DNA of 64,000 bases from Candidatus Methylacidiphilales bacterium (lineage in GTDB: Bacteria > Pseudomonadota > Gammaproteobacteria > JASGCS01), in assembly GCA_030054035.1 (NCBI GenBank), contig JASGCS010000001.1, positions 270,280 through 334,279 of the forward strand. The letters are read 5' to 3'. Numbering within the stretch: position 1 is the first letter of the stretch; each line of letters opens with the position of its first letter. Both the position numbers and the translations under genes were made by a program. Below the pieces are notes generated by a model. The model saw only the letters and a program-made list of their open reading frames with translations. It had not been told where the DNA came from and searched no databases. Positions 63,049 to 64,000 of this stretch are shown here, piece by piece.

Positions 63049-63764
63049 AGGTATAATGAAGCGATAGTTATATCATGTTGATATGTTATCTTTATATTTT
63101 TAACACTACCAGTTAAAAGCACTGAATGATACCCTGCATAATGAATAGCGGAGACTTCATCATCAAAAACCAACTTATGACTGCAGGCTAAAGAAAGTGA
63201 ATGGTATAAATGCTCAAATCTAAATACTTGAGGTGTTTGTGATAGATAAAATTCACTTCGATTAACTGGAACAATCGCCCCATCTAAGTCTATTTTTTTC
63301 AGAGCGTCTGTAATCGGTATAGCAAAATGACCACCATACGGATGGTTTTCAATCTTAATGAGCTCTTCTCGAAGATCCCAAGAAAATACAGGTCGTACAG
63401 CATCATGGACGATTACCCATTCATTTGGTTTAGCAAAATTCTTTAAATATTCAAGCGAATTCATAACTGAATCCTGTCTGGTTACACCTCCATTTATAGT
63501 GTGGACATTTGGAGGGATATTTTTTATCTTACTGAAATTATTATCTAATTTAGAAATTGGAATAATAATTTTGCTTGGCCTAAAGATTTCGTTTAATGAA
63601 TGGATGGTGTGTGTAATAATTTCCTTATCGTGAATAACAACATACTGTTTTGGTTGCTTGGCTAAAAAACGCTGCCCGATTCCAGAGGCTGGAATAACCA
63701 CCCAGTTAGGGGCGTCTAGAAGTTGGTTGCTCATCGAGATTGTAAAGCTGAATAAAAAGCTCAT
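63039..63764 (-). CDS. ispD: 2-C-methyl-D-erythritol 4-phosphate cytidylyltransferase
   Basis: IPASGIGQR...PKQY, GG.TRQDSV, VHDAVRP, QTPQVF, NIKITY; start may be 63734. Confidence 0.94.
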   Translation of the reverse strand: MSFLFSFTISMSNQLLDAPNWVVIPASGIGQRFLAKQPKQYVVIHDKEIITHTIHSLNEIFRPSKIIIPISKLDNNFSKIKNIPPNVHTINGGVTRQDSVMNSLEYLKNFAKPNEWVIVHDAVRPVFSWDLREELIKIENHPYGGHFAIPITDALKKIDLDGAIVPVNRSEFYLSQTPQVFRFEHLYHSLSLACSHKLVFDDEVSAIHYAGYHSVLLTGSVKNIKITYQHDITIASLYLCV

Positions 63765-64000
63765 TTTTTTTCACCATACCTAAATTTCTTCTGGCGTAAT
63801 CTTCATATCTTAAATCAAGATTATTTTTGGATTGAATTGCATATATTTCATTTTTTAATTTTTTTATTTCATCTTGTAACGACAAAATCGTATGTTCAAT
63901 TGACGCTATTTCTTTCTTTACTACTGCAGTATACAAAATACCTTTTTTTCCTAAGGTGATATGGTACACATTAGCAACAGTAATCAAAACTAACAGCCAG
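63706..64000 (-). CDS. ftsB: Cell division protein FtsB (5'-partial)
   Basis: TM segment, GKKG, coiled coil, EDYARRNLGMVK.NE; frame open to the window edge; upstream of ispD. Confidence 0.85.
   Translation of the reverse strand, partial: WLLVLITVANVYHITLGKKGILYTAVVKKEIASIEHTILSLQDEIKKLKNEIYAIQSKNNLDLRYEDYARRNLGMVKKNELFIQLYNLDEQPTSRRP

Overview
Gene-dense, AT-rich chromosomal segment of a streamlined gammaproteobacterium (standard code; taxonomy inferred from gene content and order such as recA-recX-alaS-lysC-csrA-tRNA-Ser, nadK-recN-bamE-ratA-smpB, lolC-lolD-comEC-exbBD-msbA-lpxK-kdsB, mfd/csiV/nagZ, ftsB-ispD-ispF). It holds about 50 CDS, mostly housekeeping, and two tRNAs (Ser-GCT, Asn-GTT). 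I found no prophage, IS, integrase or CRISPR. Accessory genes: three TonB-dependent receptors with cysteine-paired loops, a VAO/GlcD-type flavoprotein, an FrpC-like RTX protein, an orphan secreted helical protein, a lone AddB-like nuclease and an exported rhodanese lacking its catalytic cysteines. The most striking DNA structure is a perfect 121-bp inverted repeat (52009-52129 / 52183-52303, 53-bp spacer) that interrupts the 5' end of mfd; it could be biological or an amplification/assembly artefact. Other notable signals: the RTX self-processing module has lost its Asp-Pro site and gained a Sec-type signal peptide, an extreme local G/T strand skew follows the terminator of a strongly promoted TonB receptor gene, lysC has a nested beta-subunit start, and many promoters appear -10-only or near-leaderless. 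All family assignments come from motif recognition by eye, with no database searches.
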